From Dehalococcoidia bacterium (GTDB taxonomy: Bacteria; Chloroflexota; Dehalococcoidia; Lucifugimonadales; Australimonadaceae): DNA of 64,000 nt. Each line of letters starts with the position of its first letter. Positions within the stretch are counted from its first letter, which is position 1. The notes under the pieces were generated by a model, which saw nothing but the letters and a program-made list of their open reading frames with translations, was not told the DNA's origin and ran no database searches. Location of the stretch: positions 2,089,678-2,153,677 of the forward strand of contig OZ244812.1 of NCBI GenBank assembly GCA_965220205.1, in the 5' to 3' direction. The translations under genes and the position numbers were made by a program. Shown piece by piece: positions 8,728 through 20,697 of the stretch.

Positions 8728-9832
8728 GTGGAAGAGCTCCGAGAACGCCTCAGGACCCTGATCGAACGCCTCGACGGGATTGCGGTGCGTCTTTGACCTC
8801 GTCGGCAAGGACGCGGAGATCTCTCGCCTCGAAACCGTAGCCGGCGAACCTGGCTTCTGGAACGACCCCGAACACGCCCAATCGTCCATGCGGTCGCTCG
8901 CCCGGCTCAGGGAGACGGTGCGGACGTGGCGCGAGCTTCGGGAACGTCTCGCCACGAACCTCGAGCTGATGGACCTTGCCGCCGAGTCGTCGGACCAAGC
9001 GATGCTCGACGAGCTGGCCGTCGAGGCCCAGGACCTCAGCGCGCAGGCCGAGGACCTCGAGTTCGAGCTCACGCTCTCGGGGGAGTACGACGACCGCTCG
9101 GCGATTCTGACGGTCCACGCGGGGGCGGGCGGCACCGATGCGCAGGACTGGGCCGAGATGCTGCTGCGCATGTACACGCGCTGGGCCGAGACGAGGCGCT
9201 ACCAGGCCCGCATCCTCGACCTCTCGCCGGGGGAGGAGGCGGGGGTCAAGAGCGCGACGCTGGAGCTGGCCGGCCCGCACGCCTACGGCTATACGCGGTC
9301 CGAGCGGGGGGTGCACCGGCTGGTGCGCCTGTCGCCCTACGACGCAGCGCACGCGCGCCACACGTCGTTCGCGCTCGTCGAGGTGCTTCCGGAGGCCGAG
9401 GGCGACGTCGATGTCCAGATCGACATGGACGACGTCCACGTCGAGACGTTCAAGGCCAGCGGCGCGGGCGGCCAGCACGTCCAGAAGAACTCGACCGCCG
9501 TGCGTATGACCCACCAGCCGAGCGGGCTGGTCGTGTCGTGTCAGAATGAGCGCTCCCAGCTGCAGAACAAGGAGGCCGCGCTCAAGATACTGCGGTCCCG
9601 GCTGATGCAGATCGAGATCCAGCGCCGCGCCGAGGAGCGGGCCAGGATCAGGGGCGACCACGTTACGGCCGAATGGGGCAACCAGATACGCAGCTACGTG
9701 CTGCACCCCTACAAGATGGTCAAGGACCACCGCAGCGGCTACGAGTCGACGAACCCGGACCTGATCCTCGACGGGGAGCTCGACCCGCTCATGCGCGCCT
9801 ATCTGCTGTCAGGGGTCGGCGCGGCGGAGTAG
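8728..9832 (+). CDS. prfB: peptide chain release factor 2, with programmed +1 frameshift (join 8728..8793, 8795..9832)
   Basis: Frame-0 GTG at 8728 (RBS GGGAG) runs to CTT TGA C at 8791-8797. The +1 frame continues DLVGKDAEISRLE...; SPYD and GGQ motifs present. Confidence 0.93.
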
Positions 9833-9877
9833 CGGGAGCCCTTCCGTCCCGTAGAGAGGCGCGAGGGGAAGGCGTTC

Positions 9878-10621
9878 CTACTGCGCTTCGCCCTCTTCCA
9901 AGGCCGCCTCGCTCTCCCAGTCGACCGCCGGTTTGCCCAGCGATTCCAGGATGGCGTTCACGAAGATCTCGTCTGGGACGGCGCCAACGAACTCGGCGCG
10001 GTCGTTGATGACCGTCTTGGGGACGCCCATCACCTGGTACTCGCGGGCGAGCTCCGGGAACTCCTGACACTCGACGACGTCGGCCTTGATGTGGGGGTTG
10101 GCGAGGGCGAGGGCGTGGGCCGCACGGGCCACACGAGGGCAGTGCGGTCAGGTAGGTGTGACGAACACGCGCAGGTGCACTTCCTCGTCGATGAGGTCGC
10201 GCGCGGCTGCCGCCACCGGCCCCCGCAGCATCGGAGCCTCCTGCGAGACCGACTCGATGTCCGCCAGGACGGTGGGGAACTCGTTGCCGAGGGGCGCGCC
10301 GTAGAAGCGGACGCGGCCTTCGCCGTCGTTTCCGAGGACGACGGCCGGCAGCTGCTCGATCTCCAGGCGCTTGGCCTCGCTCGCGCCGTCGCCGTACGCG
10401 TCGTAGACCTCCAGCGTCAGCTTCGGCGAGATGCTGGTCAGCTCTTGGAGCAGGTCCTGCGTGACCTTCATCAACTCGCCGCCGCCCGATTGCTGACCGG
10501 GCAACACGAGCAGGCTCCGCGCCACGGACTGCGTGAAGAGCCGTACGGTCACGTCGCGGTCGAGAGAGCTCTCGAACCGGGCCGCGAGCATCGCCCGGTC
10601 TTGGTCGCTAAGCATTGCCAT
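9878..10621 (-). CDS. glutaredoxin-like protein disulfide oxidoreductase (two thioredoxin folds) with in-frame TGA at the CxxC position; candidate selenoprotein (UPHC)
   Basis: ORFs 10148..10645 and 9878..10132 share one frame. Read-through gives RVFVTPT-[TGA 10150..10148]-PHCPRVARAAHALALANPHIKADVVECQEFPELAREYQVMGVPKTVIND. Start ATG at 10621 behind GAGGAGGGG. Confidence 0.65.
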
Positions 10622-10790
10622 GTCCCCTCCTCGGGTCCGGACCATTCATTCCGTCATAGCTGTTCAGACTTGGGGAGAGGAACACCCCACCCCCTGTGGA
10701 TACCCGCTTTCGCGGGTATGACGGTGGCTGTCATGCGGTTTCGATCATTGCGTTGCGACGACATAGTACACGCCCCGCGCCGGGACTGCG

Positions 10791-11384
10791 CTAGGCGTCG
10801 TGCGTTCTGCGCCAGACGTAGACCATGCGCTGGGCAACGGTGAGTCCGCCCAACGCGACAATGACGCCGAGCGCGTAGAGCGGGACGCCCGCCAACAGCC
10901 CGACGCCGAGCACGACGATGCGCTCGGGGCGCCCCAGGAAGCCGACGTCGCCCTCGACGCCGAGGCCCTCGGCCCGGGCCCGGGAGTAGCTGACCATCAG
11001 CGACATCGCAAGGGCGCCAAAGCTGAGGTACGCGCCCAACTCGTGTCCGTCGCGGACGAAGAACACGAGGAGGCCGAAGAGCGCGGCGGCCTCGCCGAGC
11101 CGGTCGATGACGGAGTCGAGGAACGCGCCGAACCGGGATGCGGTGTTGGTGAGCCGGGCGACGGCGCCGTCGAGCATGTCCATGGACGCGCCGCCGAGCA
11201 GCACGGCGCCGCCGGCTAGGAGGTTGCCCTCGGCGATGAGGTACGCGGAGAGCCCCGAGACGCCGAGGCCCGCGACGGTGACGGCGTTGGCGGATACATG
11301 GAGCGCGATGAGGACGCGGGCTATGGGCTCGCTGCCATAGCGGACCGCCCATCGCTTGGCGCGGAGGCGCGGCGCGCTCAGCAT
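10791..11384 (-). CDS. CDP-alcohol phosphatidyltransferase (probable phosphatidylinositol-phosphate synthase)
   Basis: DMLDGAVARLTNTASRFGAFLDSVIDRLGE matches DGx2ARx8Gx3Dx3D. Multiple TM helices. Sits in an operon with ino1. Confidence 0.85.
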   Translation of the reverse strand: MLSAPRLRAKRWAVRYGSEPIARVLIALHVSANAVTVAGLGVSGLSAYLIAEGNLLAGGAVLLGGASMDMLDGAVARLTNTASRFGAFLDSVIDRLGEAAALFGLLVFFVRDGHELGAYLSFGALAMSLMVSYSRARAEGLGVEGDVGFLGRPERIVVLGVGLLAGVPLYALGVIVALGGLTVAQRMVYVWRRTHDA

Positions 11385-11407
11385 CGCTCCAGCCCTGCGT
11401 GGGAGGC

Positions 11408-12598
11408 TCACGAGGCGGCCTTGGTTTCGCGGCGGCGGCGCAGCAGCGTCTCGTAGTAGTCGAGCACGCGCTCCGCAACGGTCTCCCACCGGTACTGCTC
11501 GACCGTCACGCGGCCGCGAGCGCCCATCTCCCGCCGCAACTGCTTGTCGTCGAGCAGGCGCCGGATGGCGGCTGCGAGCTCCGCTTCGTTCTTGGGAGGC
11601 ACGAGGAAGCCCTCGACGCCGTTCGAGATCACGCTGCTGAAGCCGTCGATGCGCGTCGCCACGATCGGTTTGCCGGCGGCCATGGCCTCGGTCAGGATGA
11701 GCCCGAAACTCTCCCGGCCCGTGTTCGGCGCGCAGAAGATGTCGGCGGCCTGGTAGTAGCGGGGCTTCTCCTCCTCAGGCACGGGCCCGACGAACTCCAC
11801 GTCCTGCAGGTTGCGCTCGCTGACGAGGCCGAGCACGTCCTCGCCGGGGTTGCCGCCGCCGACGATGATGAGGCGGGTGTCAGGGTAGTCCCACTTGAGC
11901 CGTCCGTAGGCCATCACCAGGTACTTCAGGCCTTTCCGCCGCTCCAATCTGCTCAGAAACAGCAGGTTGGTCTTGCCGTCGTTGTACTGCGCAAGCGGCT
12001 CGAGCGGCGTGGCGAAGCGGTCGACGTCTACGCCGTTCGGGATCACTTCGTACTTGCCGGGGTAGAACTTGCTCACGAAGTCCCGGGCGGGACCGGACAC
12101 GGCGATGCGCCCGTCGAGCCTGCGGAACCACCTGCGCGACATGTAGCGCCAGATGCGGTAGAAGCGGGTGCCCCGGAACGTGTGGAACGTGCCGACGTTC
12201 ACCGCCCGCGAGGAATGGAGGACCGTCAGGGGCAGGGCCGGCGCCATCGGTTCGTGGAGGTGAACGATGTCGAACTTCTCCTCCTCGAGGAGCTGCTTGA
12301 CACGGGGCTCGAGCCATACGGAGAAGGTGACGCGCGCCACGGCGCCGCCGCTCGGGATGGGGACGGGCCGTCCCATGGGGATGAAGTCCGGTTCGGGCGG
12401 GCGGTCCCTCGAGTTCGCCAGGGGCGCAATGATCTTGACTGTATGTCCCCGGCCCCGGAGCTGGCGGGCCAGGCTCGTGATGTGGTCGTTGACGCCCCCG
12501 GGCGACCCGTAGTCATAGGGCGAGACCAGAGCGACCTTCAATGGGCCCTGGCCACGCCGGGGCTCCCCCGAGAGCAACACGTCCGCCGAATCGGTCAC
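11408..12598 (-). CDS. GT4-family glycosyltransferase (PimA-like)
   Basis: 396 aa. [14 protein letters not shown] at the N-terminus and [16 protein letters not shown] (EX7E) at the C-terminus. Confidence 0.85.
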   Translation of the reverse strand: MTDSADVLLSGEPRRGQGPLKVALVSPYDYGSPGGVNDHITSLARQLRGRGHTVKIIAPLANSRDRPPEPDFIPMGRPVPIPSGGAVARVTFSVWLEPRVKQLLEEEKFDIVHLHEPMAPALPLTVLHSSRAVNVGTFHTFRGTRFYRIWRYMSRRWFRRLDGRIAVSGPARDFVSKFYPGKYEVIPNGVDVDRFATPLEPLAQYNDGKTNLLFLSRLERRKGLKYLVMAYGRLKWDYPDTRLIIVGGGNPGEDVLGLVSERNLQDVEFVGPVPEEEKPRYYQAADIFCAPNTGRESFGLILTEAMAAGKPIVATRIDGFSSVISNGVEGFLVPPKNEAELAAAIRRLLDDKQLRREMGARGRVTVEQYRWETVAERVLDYYETLLRRRRETKAAS

Positions 12599-12602
12599 TC
12601 GG

Positions 12603-13718
<1,116 letters not shown>

Positions 13719-13867
13719 AAAACTCCTCCACGGGTACTACTGGCGGCAGAGAATACGCTGCCGCGGTCGCCCGCGCATGGGCCCTTGGGCCCAACTCTGT
13801 GAAGCGCGGGGCGTCAATTCGCCGATTTTCGGCGCCAACTCCGGCGCAGGGGCGCCAGTCCCTACGG

Positions 13868-14815
13868 CTACGGAGCATACCGCGATGGCTCGTTGAGGGT
13901 GAAGACCTTCTCCGGCTGCCACTGCCCCTCGGGGCGGTTGAACCGCGCCAAGCCGAGGAAGCGCCCGTCGGCCGAGTAGGCCCGGCGCAGCTCGAGGTGG
14001 CGCGCGTACGCTCCGGCCGTGGGCACGGTGACGGCTTGGCCGTTCCGCAGGTGGCGCTCCGCCGCGCCGGCCAGCGCGATCGGCTCGAGCCCCCGCACCG
14101 CGGCGTCGGGCGGCAGCACCAGATCTCGCCAGGCTTCCTCCTCTCCTGCCTGCTCCAGTTCGTCGACCGCTATCGTGTCCTCGAGCGCGAACGCGCCCGC
14201 CTTGACCCGGCTCAGCTGGCTCAGGTACGCGCAGCAGCCGAGCGCGGAGCCGAGGTCGTGAGCGAAAGTGCGCATGTAGAAACCGCGGCCGCACTCGACT
14301 TGCACCGTCATGGTGGGCGGCGACCATTCGAGCAGCGCCAGGCTGTGGACGACGACCTCCCGGGCGGCCCGCTCGACCTCGACGCCGGCGCGAGCGAGGT
14401 CGTAGAGCCGTTGGCCCTCGTGTTTGAGCGCGCTGTACATCGGCGGCTGCTGCATGACGACGCCCGTGAACACGGGGAACTGGGCCTCGACCTGGGCGCG
14501 CGTGACCGACGACCAATCGCCGGTGGCGGTCTCGCGGCCCATCGCGTCGTAGGTGTCGGTGGCCACGCCCAACGTGAACTCGGCGCGGTACACCTTGCGC
14601 CCGTCCACGAGGTACTCCATGAGCCGTGTCGCCTGACCGAAGCATAGGGGCAGCACGCCCGTGGCTATGGGATCGAGCGTGCCCGCATGGCCGACTCGCT
14701 TCACGCGGGTGACGCGCTTGGCTATGCGGACCATCTCCATGGACGTGGCGTCCCGGGGCTTGTCCAGCACGATAATCCCGTCAACGATCGGACGGGGTTT
14801 CGCCTGCTGCTGCAT
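13868..14815 (-). CDS. truB: tRNA pseudouridine(55) synthase
   Basis: GHAGTLDP catalytic motif. Lies in the conserved nusA-infB-rbfA-truB block. Confidence 0.93.
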   Translation of the reverse strand: MQQQAKPRPIVDGIIVLDKPRDATSMEMVRIAKRVTRVKRVGHAGTLDPIATGVLPLCFGQATRLMEYLVDGRKVYRAEFTLGVATDTYDAMGRETATGDWSSVTRAQVEAQFPVFTGVVMQQPPMYSALKHEGQRLYDLARAGVEVERAAREVVVHSLALLEWSPPTMTVQVECGRGFYMRTFAHDLGSALGCCAYLSQLSRVKAGAFALEDTIAVDELEQAGEEEAWRDLVLPPDAAVRGLEPIALAGAAERHLRNGQAVTVPTAGAYARHLELRRAYSADGRFLGLARFNRPEGQWQPEKVFTLNEPSRYAP

Positions 14816-14835
14816 GCTCTTCGCTCTCCCGTTCT

Positions 14836-15195
14836 TTACGTCTGTTCGTTCTCTTGCTCACGGAGCCGGTCGAGGAGTGCGAGGACTTGGTCGCCCTCCC
14901 GGATGGAGGAGTCCAAGACGAATCGTATCTCCGGCGCGCGCTTGAGGGGCAGCCGTTGCCCAAGGGCCTTGCGGAGGAACCCCGCAGCCGCGCCGAGGAC
15001 GCCGAGCACATCGCGCTGGACGTCGTCGTCGCCGAGGACCGTCACGGCGACAGTCGCGTGCTGGAGGTCTGCCGACATCTCCACGCGAGACACGGTGACG
15101 AGACGGTCTAGGCGAGGGTCGCTCAATTCGCCGCTGACGAGGCGGCTGATCTCCCGTTGGATCAGGCCGCCGACGCGATCGGTCCGGCGGTTCAC
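14836..15195 (-). CDS. rbfA: ribosome-binding factor A
   Basis: 119 aa, RVGGLIQREISRLV... KH-like fold sequence. Position between infB and truB. Confidence 0.9.
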   Translation of the reverse strand: MNRRTDRVGGLIQREISRLVSGELSDPRLDRLVTVSRVEMSADLQHATVAVTVLGDDDVQRDVLGVLGAAAGFLRKALGQRLPLKRAPEIRFVLDSSIREGDQVLALLDRLREQENEQT

Positions 15196-15222
15196 GGCGC
15201 TCCTCGGCGGCCTGCCAGCCTC

Positions 15223-17007
15223 CTAGCGGGGCGCCTTCTGCAGGCGGTGCACCTCGATAGTGTCGCCGATTTCGTACGCGTTGAATCCTTCGATTGTCAT
15301 TCCGCACTCGTAGCCGGTCGCCACCTCGCGCACGTCGTCCTTGAAGCGGCGCAAGCTGCCCACCGGGCCGTCGAACAGCAGTTGACCGTCGCGGACGACT
15401 CTCGCCATCGCGCCCCGGCTGACCTTTCCGTCGGTGACGTAGCAGCCTGCCGTCTTGCGCGTGCGCCCGATCGCGAAGATCGCACGTACTTCGAGGGAGC
15501 CTTCCTTAACGTCCTGCATGGATGGTTCGAGCATTCCGGCAAGCGCCGCTTGGATGTCCTCGGTGAGCCGGTAGATGATGTTGTAGTGCCTGATGTCGAC
15601 GTGGTCCTGGGCGGCGAGGCGCATCGCGCCCTGGTCCGAGCCCACGTTGAATCCGACGATGATGGCCTCCGACGCGACGGCCAGCAGGACGTCGGTCTCC
15701 GTGACAGCGCCCGTGGCGGCGTGGATGATGCGCACCTGCGTCACGTTGTTGTTCAGCTGCTCGAGTCCCTGCCGGACGGCCTCCAAGCTGCCATGGACGT
15801 CTGTCTTCACAACGACGGCGAGCTCCTTCACCTGGCCGGTGGAGATGCGTGCGCCCACTTCCTCCAGCGTCGCGCCGCGGGCGGTGTGCAGGTCCAGGCG
15901 GCGCCGAATCTCAGCCACGGCCTCGCGGGCTCTGCGCTCGTCGGGGACGACGGCGAGCCGGTCGCCGGCGGCCGGCAACTCGCTGAGTCCGAGTATCTCC
16001 ACGGGCGCCGACGGCCCGGCGTGCGTCACGCGGTGTCCCCGGTCGTCGTGCAGCGCCTTCACGCGCCCGCGCACCGAGCCGACCACGATGTAGTCGCCGA
16101 CCGCGAGCCGGCCTGTCTGGACCAGCACGGTCGCCAGGGGCCCCCGGCTCTTGTCGAGGCGGGCCTCCACGACGACGCCGACGGCGGGACGTGTCGGGTG
16201 GGCCTTGAACTCGCCCACCTCCGCGACGACCAGCAGGTTCTCCAGGAGGTCGTCGAGTCCGAGGCCAGTCTTGGCCGACACTTCGACGTCGATGACGTCG
16301 CCGCCCCACTTCTCGACGACGAGCTCGTGCTCGGAGAGCTGACGGCGCACGCGCTCGGGGTCGGCGTTGGGCGAGTCCATCTTGTTGACGGCGACGACAA
16401 TCGGCACTTTGGCCGCCTTGATGTGGTCGATGGCCTCCACGGTCTGCGGCATGACGCCGTCGTCCGCCGCGACGACGAGGACGGCGATGTCGGTGACCTG
16501 AGCGCCGCGAGCGCGCATGGCCGTGAACGCCTGGTGGCCCGGTGTGTCAATGAAGGTGAGGGGGCGCCCGTCGTGGTCGACCTGGTATGCGCCGATGTGC
16601 TGGGTGATGCCGCCTGCCTCGCGCGAGACGACGTTGGTGTTCCGGATCGCGTCGAGCAGCGTCGTCTTGCCATGGTCAACGTGCCCGAGGATGGTCACGA
16701 CGGGCGGGCGCTCGACGAGGTCTGCCTGGTTGTGCTCGGCCACCGACCCCGCGGCAGTGCTGACGGCGTCCTCCGCCCGTCGCGCGGCGTACCCGAAGGG
16801 CCGCGCGACCATCGCCGCTGTGTCGAAATCGATGATCTGGTTGATGTTGGCGAACACGCCCGCCCGCATCAGCTGCTTGATGACCTGGACGGGCTCCACT
16901 TGCATGCGCTGCGCGAGGGCGCCGACGCTCACCGCGTCGGCGATGGGCAGCCCTCGAAGCGTCACTCGCCGCGTTCCGGCCCCTGCCTCAGTTTGTTGTT
17001 CGACCAT
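15223..17007 (-). CDS. infB: translation initiation factor IF-2 (short form)
   Basis: [17 protein letters not shown] and NKMD GTPase motifs, 594 aa. Confidence 0.96.
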   Translation of the reverse strand: MVEQQTEAGAGTRRVTLRGLPIADAVSVGALAQRMQVEPVQVIKQLMRAGVFANINQIIDFDTAAMVARPFGYAARRAEDAVSTAAGSVAEHNQADLVERPPVVTILGHVDHGKTTLLDAIRNTNVVSREAGGITQHIGAYQVDHDGRPLTFIDTPGHQAFTAMRARGAQVTDIAVLVVAADDGVMPQTVEAIDHIKAAKVPIVVAVNKMDSPNADPERVRRQLSEHELVVEKWGGDVIDVEVSAKTGLGLDDLLENLLVVAEVGEFKAHPTRPAVGVVVEARLDKSRGPLATVLVQTGRLAVGDYIVVGSVRGRVKALHDDRGHRVTHAGPSAPVEILGLSELPAAGDRLAVVPDERRAREAVAEIRRRLDLHTARGATLEEVGARISTGQVKELAVVVKTDVHGSLEAVRQGLEQLNNNVTQVRIIHAATGAVTETDVLLAVASEAIIVGFNVGSDQGAMRLAAQDHVDIRHYNIIYRLTEDIQAALAGMLEPSMQDVKEGSLEVRAIFAIGRTRKTAGCYVTDGKVSRGAMARVVRDGQLLFDGPVGSLRRFKDDVREVATGYECGMTIEGFNAYEIGDTIEVHRLQKAPR

Positions 17008-17064
17008 CCACTGTCCCCCTCGTCATCGCTTCGCCGCCCTGCCCGGCGTCATCGCCACTCGTCA

Positions 17065-17358
17065 TCATGCCCGACGCCGTTCGGAGGGCAGGGCTGCGCC
17101 ATACTCCTGCAATCTCGCTCTGCTCGCGTCGCTCACCGTTTCCCGGAGCGCTCGGGCGAGCCGCCCGCCCTTGGCGACGGCCTGCCAGCACGCCTCCTGA
17201 CGGCACACATAGGCGCCGCGCCCAGCGTGCTTCCCCGTCTCGTCGACGATGCAGTCGCCCCCCGGCGTGATGACAACGCGGACGAGGTCGCGCTTCGGCA
17301 GCTTCGTCCGGCACACTACGCAACTGCGTAGGGGGACATGCCGTGGTTGCGCCGCCAC
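17065..17358 (-). CDS. YlxR/DUF448 RNA-binding protein
   Basis: [21 protein letters not shown]...GRGAYVC motif. Position between nusA and infB. Confidence 0.88.
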   Translation of the reverse strand: MAAQPRHVPLRSCVVCRTKLPKRDLVRVVITPGGDCIVDETGKHAGRGAYVCRQEACWQAVAKGGRLARALRETVSDASRARLQEYGAALPSERRRA

Positions 17359-17366
17359 CGCTGCCC

Positions 17367-19010
17367 CTACGGCTCCTGGTTGGAGCTGCTCTCGACGCTG
17401 GGCTCCGGCTGTTGCGGCCGCCCCCCGGCGGCGCCAGGCCTGCCGCCCCTCGCCGGGGGCGCCGGGGGCCGACGGTTCGCCTGGCGGTTGCCTCTGCGGC
17501 GCCCCGTGGCGCGGCGCGGCTGGGGCGCTCCGAGAATGTCCTCCGCGAACCGGATCTGCGGTCCGCCTCCGACAGGCTCGAGCACCTTCCAGACGTCCTC
17601 TGAGTCGATCTGGACCTCCTCGACGACGATTTCGTCGTCGATTTCCTCCCCGATGCCCAGCGACTCGCGCGCCAGCATCTCCTCGGCGGTCATCGTCGGC
17701 CCTGCGTGGGCGGCGGCCTCCGCCCTGGCGGCCTCCGCTGCCTCGGCAGCCTCCGCGGCCGCCCGCTCGGCGGCCTCCTGCTCGGCTTCGAGCTCGGCCA
17801 GAATCGCGGCCTCGTCCTCGGCGACCGGGGCCTCGGCGACCTCCGCCACGGCGCGAAGGTCCTCGACCTCGGGGACTTCGACGGACTCCGGGACCTCCGG
17901 CGCCGCGGCCCGCTCGGCCACCTCGCCTTCGATCTGCTGCTTCATCCGCTCGATCTCGATCTCAGTCGAGCTCTTGATGTCCACCTTCCAGCCCGTCAAC
18001 TTCGCGGCGAGCCGAGCGTTCTGGCCCTCTCGGCCGATGGCCAACGAGAGGAGCCGGTCGGGCACGACGACGATCGCCGTTTCCTCCTGGGCGTCGAGCT
18101 CGACGCGCAACGGCTGGGCCGGGCTCAACGCATGAGAGATGAAGACGGCCGGGTCCCGCGACCACTGGATGACGTCGATCTTCTCGCCCTGGAGTTCGTT
18201 GACGATGTTCTGGATGCGGATGCCCCGCAGCCCGACGCATGCGCCGACTGGGTCGACGCCGTCCTGCCTTGCGAAGACGGCGACCTTGCTGCGCGACCCC
18301 GGCTCGCGCGCGATGCCGCGAATCTCGACGATGCCGTTGTAGATCTCCGGCACTTCCATCTCGAACAGCCGCCGGAGGAGGTTGGGGTGGGTTCTCGTGA
18401 CGACGATCTCGGGCCCTCGCGGCGTCCTGGCCACCTCGAGGATCATTGCTTTCATCTTCATGCCGGGGCGGTAGCGTTCGGGCGGAGGCTGCTCCGACGG
18501 CGGCAACACCGCGGTCGCCCGGCCGTTGAGGTCGAGTGTCACCACGCCGCCATAGCGGGAGTCGCCCCGCTGGACGGTTGCCGTGAACACCTCGCCCTCG
18601 CGGTCGGTGAACTCGGCGAAGATGAGCTCGCGCTCGGCCTCGCGCAGACGCTGGATGACGACTTGCTTCGCGGTCTGCGCGGCGATGCGCCCCGCCACCT
18701 GCGGCTCCATCTCGAACTCGAGCACGTCGCCGACTTCGTGCTTCGCGCCCTTGCGGATCTGGTTGGCCTCGTCCACCGTCAGTTCGGCGAGGTCGTTCGC
18801 GACCTCCTCGACGACCGTCTTGACCTGGAAGGCCTCGACGTCGCCGGTGCCCGGGTCCAGATGCACGCGGATGTTGCTCTGGCCTCCCGAGGCGCTGTCT
18901 CTGCGATAGGCTGACGCGAGCGCGGCCTCCACTGCCGAGATGACCATGTCCTGAGGCAGGTTGCGCTCCGCGGCCAGCTGCGTCACCGCAATCAGAAAGT
19001 CGCTCTTCAT
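17367..19010 (-). CDS. nusA: transcription termination/antitermination factor NusA (with acidic/basic C-terminal extension)
   Basis: N-terminal domain, S1 and two KH regions ([24 protein letters not shown]), 547 aa. Confidence 0.95.
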   Translation of the reverse strand: MKSDFLIAVTQLAAERNLPQDMVISAVEAALASAYRRDSASGGQSNIRVHLDPGTGDVEAFQVKTVVEEVANDLAELTVDEANQIRKGAKHEVGDVLEFEMEPQVAGRIAAQTAKQVVIQRLREAERELIFAEFTDREGEVFTATVQRGDSRYGGVVTLDLNGRATAVLPPSEQPPPERYRPGMKMKAMILEVARTPRGPEIVVTRTHPNLLRRLFEMEVPEIYNGIVEIRGIAREPGSRSKVAVFARQDGVDPVGACVGLRGIRIQNIVNELQGEKIDVIQWSRDPAVFISHALSPAQPLRVELDAQEETAIVVVPDRLLSLAIGREGQNARLAAKLTGWKVDIKSSTEIEIERMKQQIEGEVAERAAAPEVPESVEVPEVEDLRAVAEVAEAPVAEDEAAILAELEAEQEAAERAAAEAAEAAEAARAEAAAHAGPTMTAEEMLARESLGIGEEIDDEIVVEEVQIDSEDVWKVLEPVGGGPQIRFAEDILGAPQPRRATGRRRGNRQANRRPPAPPARGGRPGAAGGRPQQPEPSVESSSNQEP

Positions 19011-19306
19011 GGAGTCCCGTACCTCCCTCTACCCCGGCGGCAGGTCATCGCGCTCTTACCAGCCAATCTCCCTGAACGCGAGAGAGTGGGCCAAGCCCAC
19101 TCTCTCCAGCCCCAATCCTACGCCCCGCCCGCTCCGTTGTCCACCGACCCATACGCGTCGGCGTGGGGCGTTCCGCGGTCTGCGTGGCCGCGCCGCCGCG
19201 CCGGGAACATGCTCTATACTCGGCGGCGGACACTCGGGGATGGACAGAGCAAGTCCGGCTACGAGCGACGCGCGCGCTCATGCGGCGCGCCGGAAGGAGG
19301 AGCGCT

Positions 19307-20503
19307 ATGAAGTGGGCATCGAGCCTGTCGGAGAAACCGGCGCCCGCCGCGGCGCTGGCGGAGTGCGCGGACGATGTGCTGGCGCAGCTAGGGCCCGACG
19401 CGGAGGCCGACTTGGTGGTCGTGTTCGCCTCCCCCGGCTACGACCAACAGACCGAGCCGCTGGGCCTGCTCGTGCGCGAGCGTTTCCCCTCGGCGGCAAT
19501 CGTGGGCTGCATGGGCGCCGGCGTCATCGGCGGCGGACGGGAAGTCGAGCACTCGCCGGCCCTCTCCGTCACTGCCGCGCACCTGCCCGGGGTTAGGGTC
19601 AACGGCTTCCACATCGGGAGCGACGATCTGCCGTCCCCGGACGCGGCGCCAGACGCCTGGCACCGGTTGGTGGGCGTGACGCCGGACTTGGACCCGCACT
19701 TCATCCTGCTGGCCGACCCGTTTTCGGTGCGCGGCGAGGACCTGCTGGAGGGGCTCGATTTCGCGTTTCCCGCTGCGGCGAAGATCGGCGGCCTCGCCAG
19801 CGGCGGACAGCGGCCGCAGTCGCACGTCCTCTACTGCAACGGCGACGCGTTCCGGGACGGAGTCGTGGGAGTCGGGCTCGCGGGCAACATCACTGTCGAC
19901 ACGGTGGTGGCGCAAGGGTGCCGGCCTGTGGGCGAGCCGATGCACGTGACCGAGGCCGAGCACAACCTAGTGATCAGCGTCGACGGCACGCCGACGATGG
20001 AGCGCCTGCAAGCGATGTTCGAGCGCATGCCGCCGAGCGAGCAACAACTCGTTCAGCACAATCTGTTCGTCGGGCTTGCCATGGACCCACTCCAGGACCG
20101 GGTGGAGGCGGGGGAATTCCTGATCAGGAACATCGTTGGCGTGGACCCGCAGCGGGGCGCGGTGGCCGTCGGCGCCGAGGTGCGCGAGGGCCAGATCATC
20201 CAGTTCCACGTCCGCGACGCCGGGACATCGGCCGAGGACCTGCGGGCGACGCTGGGCGCGTACTTGCGGAGCGCGGGCGACCGCCGGGGCTCCGCGGCGC
20301 TTATGTTCCAATGCACCGGGCGCGGCGAGTACCTCTACGGCGCCTCGGGACACGACTCCGCCCTGTTCGCTGAGATGGTCGGCAGCGTGCCGCTGGCCGG
20401 CTTCTTCTGCAACGGCGAGATCGGGCGCGTATCCGGCTCGACGTACGTCCATAGCTACACCAGCTCGCTGGCGATTTTCCGCGAGCACACCGGCGCGGGT
20501 TAG
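19307..20503 (+). CDS. FIST-domain signal-transduction protein
   Basis: DLVVVFASPGY (FIST_N) and FFCNGEIG (FIST_C). ATG behind GGAAGGAGGAG. The stop TAG lies in the MITE target site. Confidence 0.8.
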   Translation: MKWASSLSEKPAPAAALAECADDVLAQLGPDAEADLVVVFASPGYDQQTEPLGLLVRERFPSAAIVGCMGAGVIGGGREVEHSPALSVTAAHLPGVRVNGFHIGSDDLPSPDAAPDAWHRLVGVTPDLDPHFILLADPFSVRGEDLLEGLDFAFPAAAKIGGLASGGQRPQSHVLYCNGDAFRDGVVGVGLAGNITVDTVVAQGCRPVGEPMHVTEAEHNLVISVDGTPTMERLQAMFERMPPSEQQLVQHNLFVGLAMDPLQDRVEAGEFLIRNIVGVDPQRGAVAVGAEVREGQIIQFHVRDAGTSAEDLRATLGAYLRSAGDRRGSAALMFQCTGRGEYLYGASGHDSALFAEMVGSVPLAGFFCNGEIGRVSGSTYVHSYTSSLAIFREHTGAG

Positions 20504-20659
20504 GGAACCTCTGAACCAATCGCTGAGGCCCTCAGCAGTAGCGGAAGGGAGAGACTGGGAGCCCCCTCGATCCGTTCGTGGAACCCCCTTCGACAGGCTC
20601 AGGACAGGCTTCGACGAGCTCAGGGCGAACGGATTGGGGCGGAGTTATTCAGAGGTTCC
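20504..20659. mobile_element. MITE (156 bp) derived from the IS5-family element at 42804..43996
   Basis: Terminal inverted repeats GGAACCTCTGAAC / TTCAGAGGTTCC. Flanked by TTAG at 20500-20503 and 20660-20663. Near-identical copy at 40104..40254. Confidence 0.85.
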
Positions 20660-20697
20660 TTAGGCTTCGGCCCCAAGACAACGATGGAGGACGTTTG

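Noticed and set aside
10148-10150. Reading the TGA in the PDO-like gene as a genuine gene boundary (two separate genes)
   Set aside because: The downstream piece would start at GTG without an RBS and would lack the first Cys of its own CxxC. The upstream piece would end one residue before the active site. A single read-through (Sec) or recently mutated gene explains the sequence better.
15157-17331. 724-aa ORF antisense to infB
   Set aside because: infB on the opposite strand has unambiguous GTPase motifs. The antisense product is a compositional artefact.
19010-19307. Expected rimP gene upstream of nusA
   Set aside because: No ORF of suitable size or composition on the minus strand. The region contains only a hairpin and the divergent FIST gene promoter.
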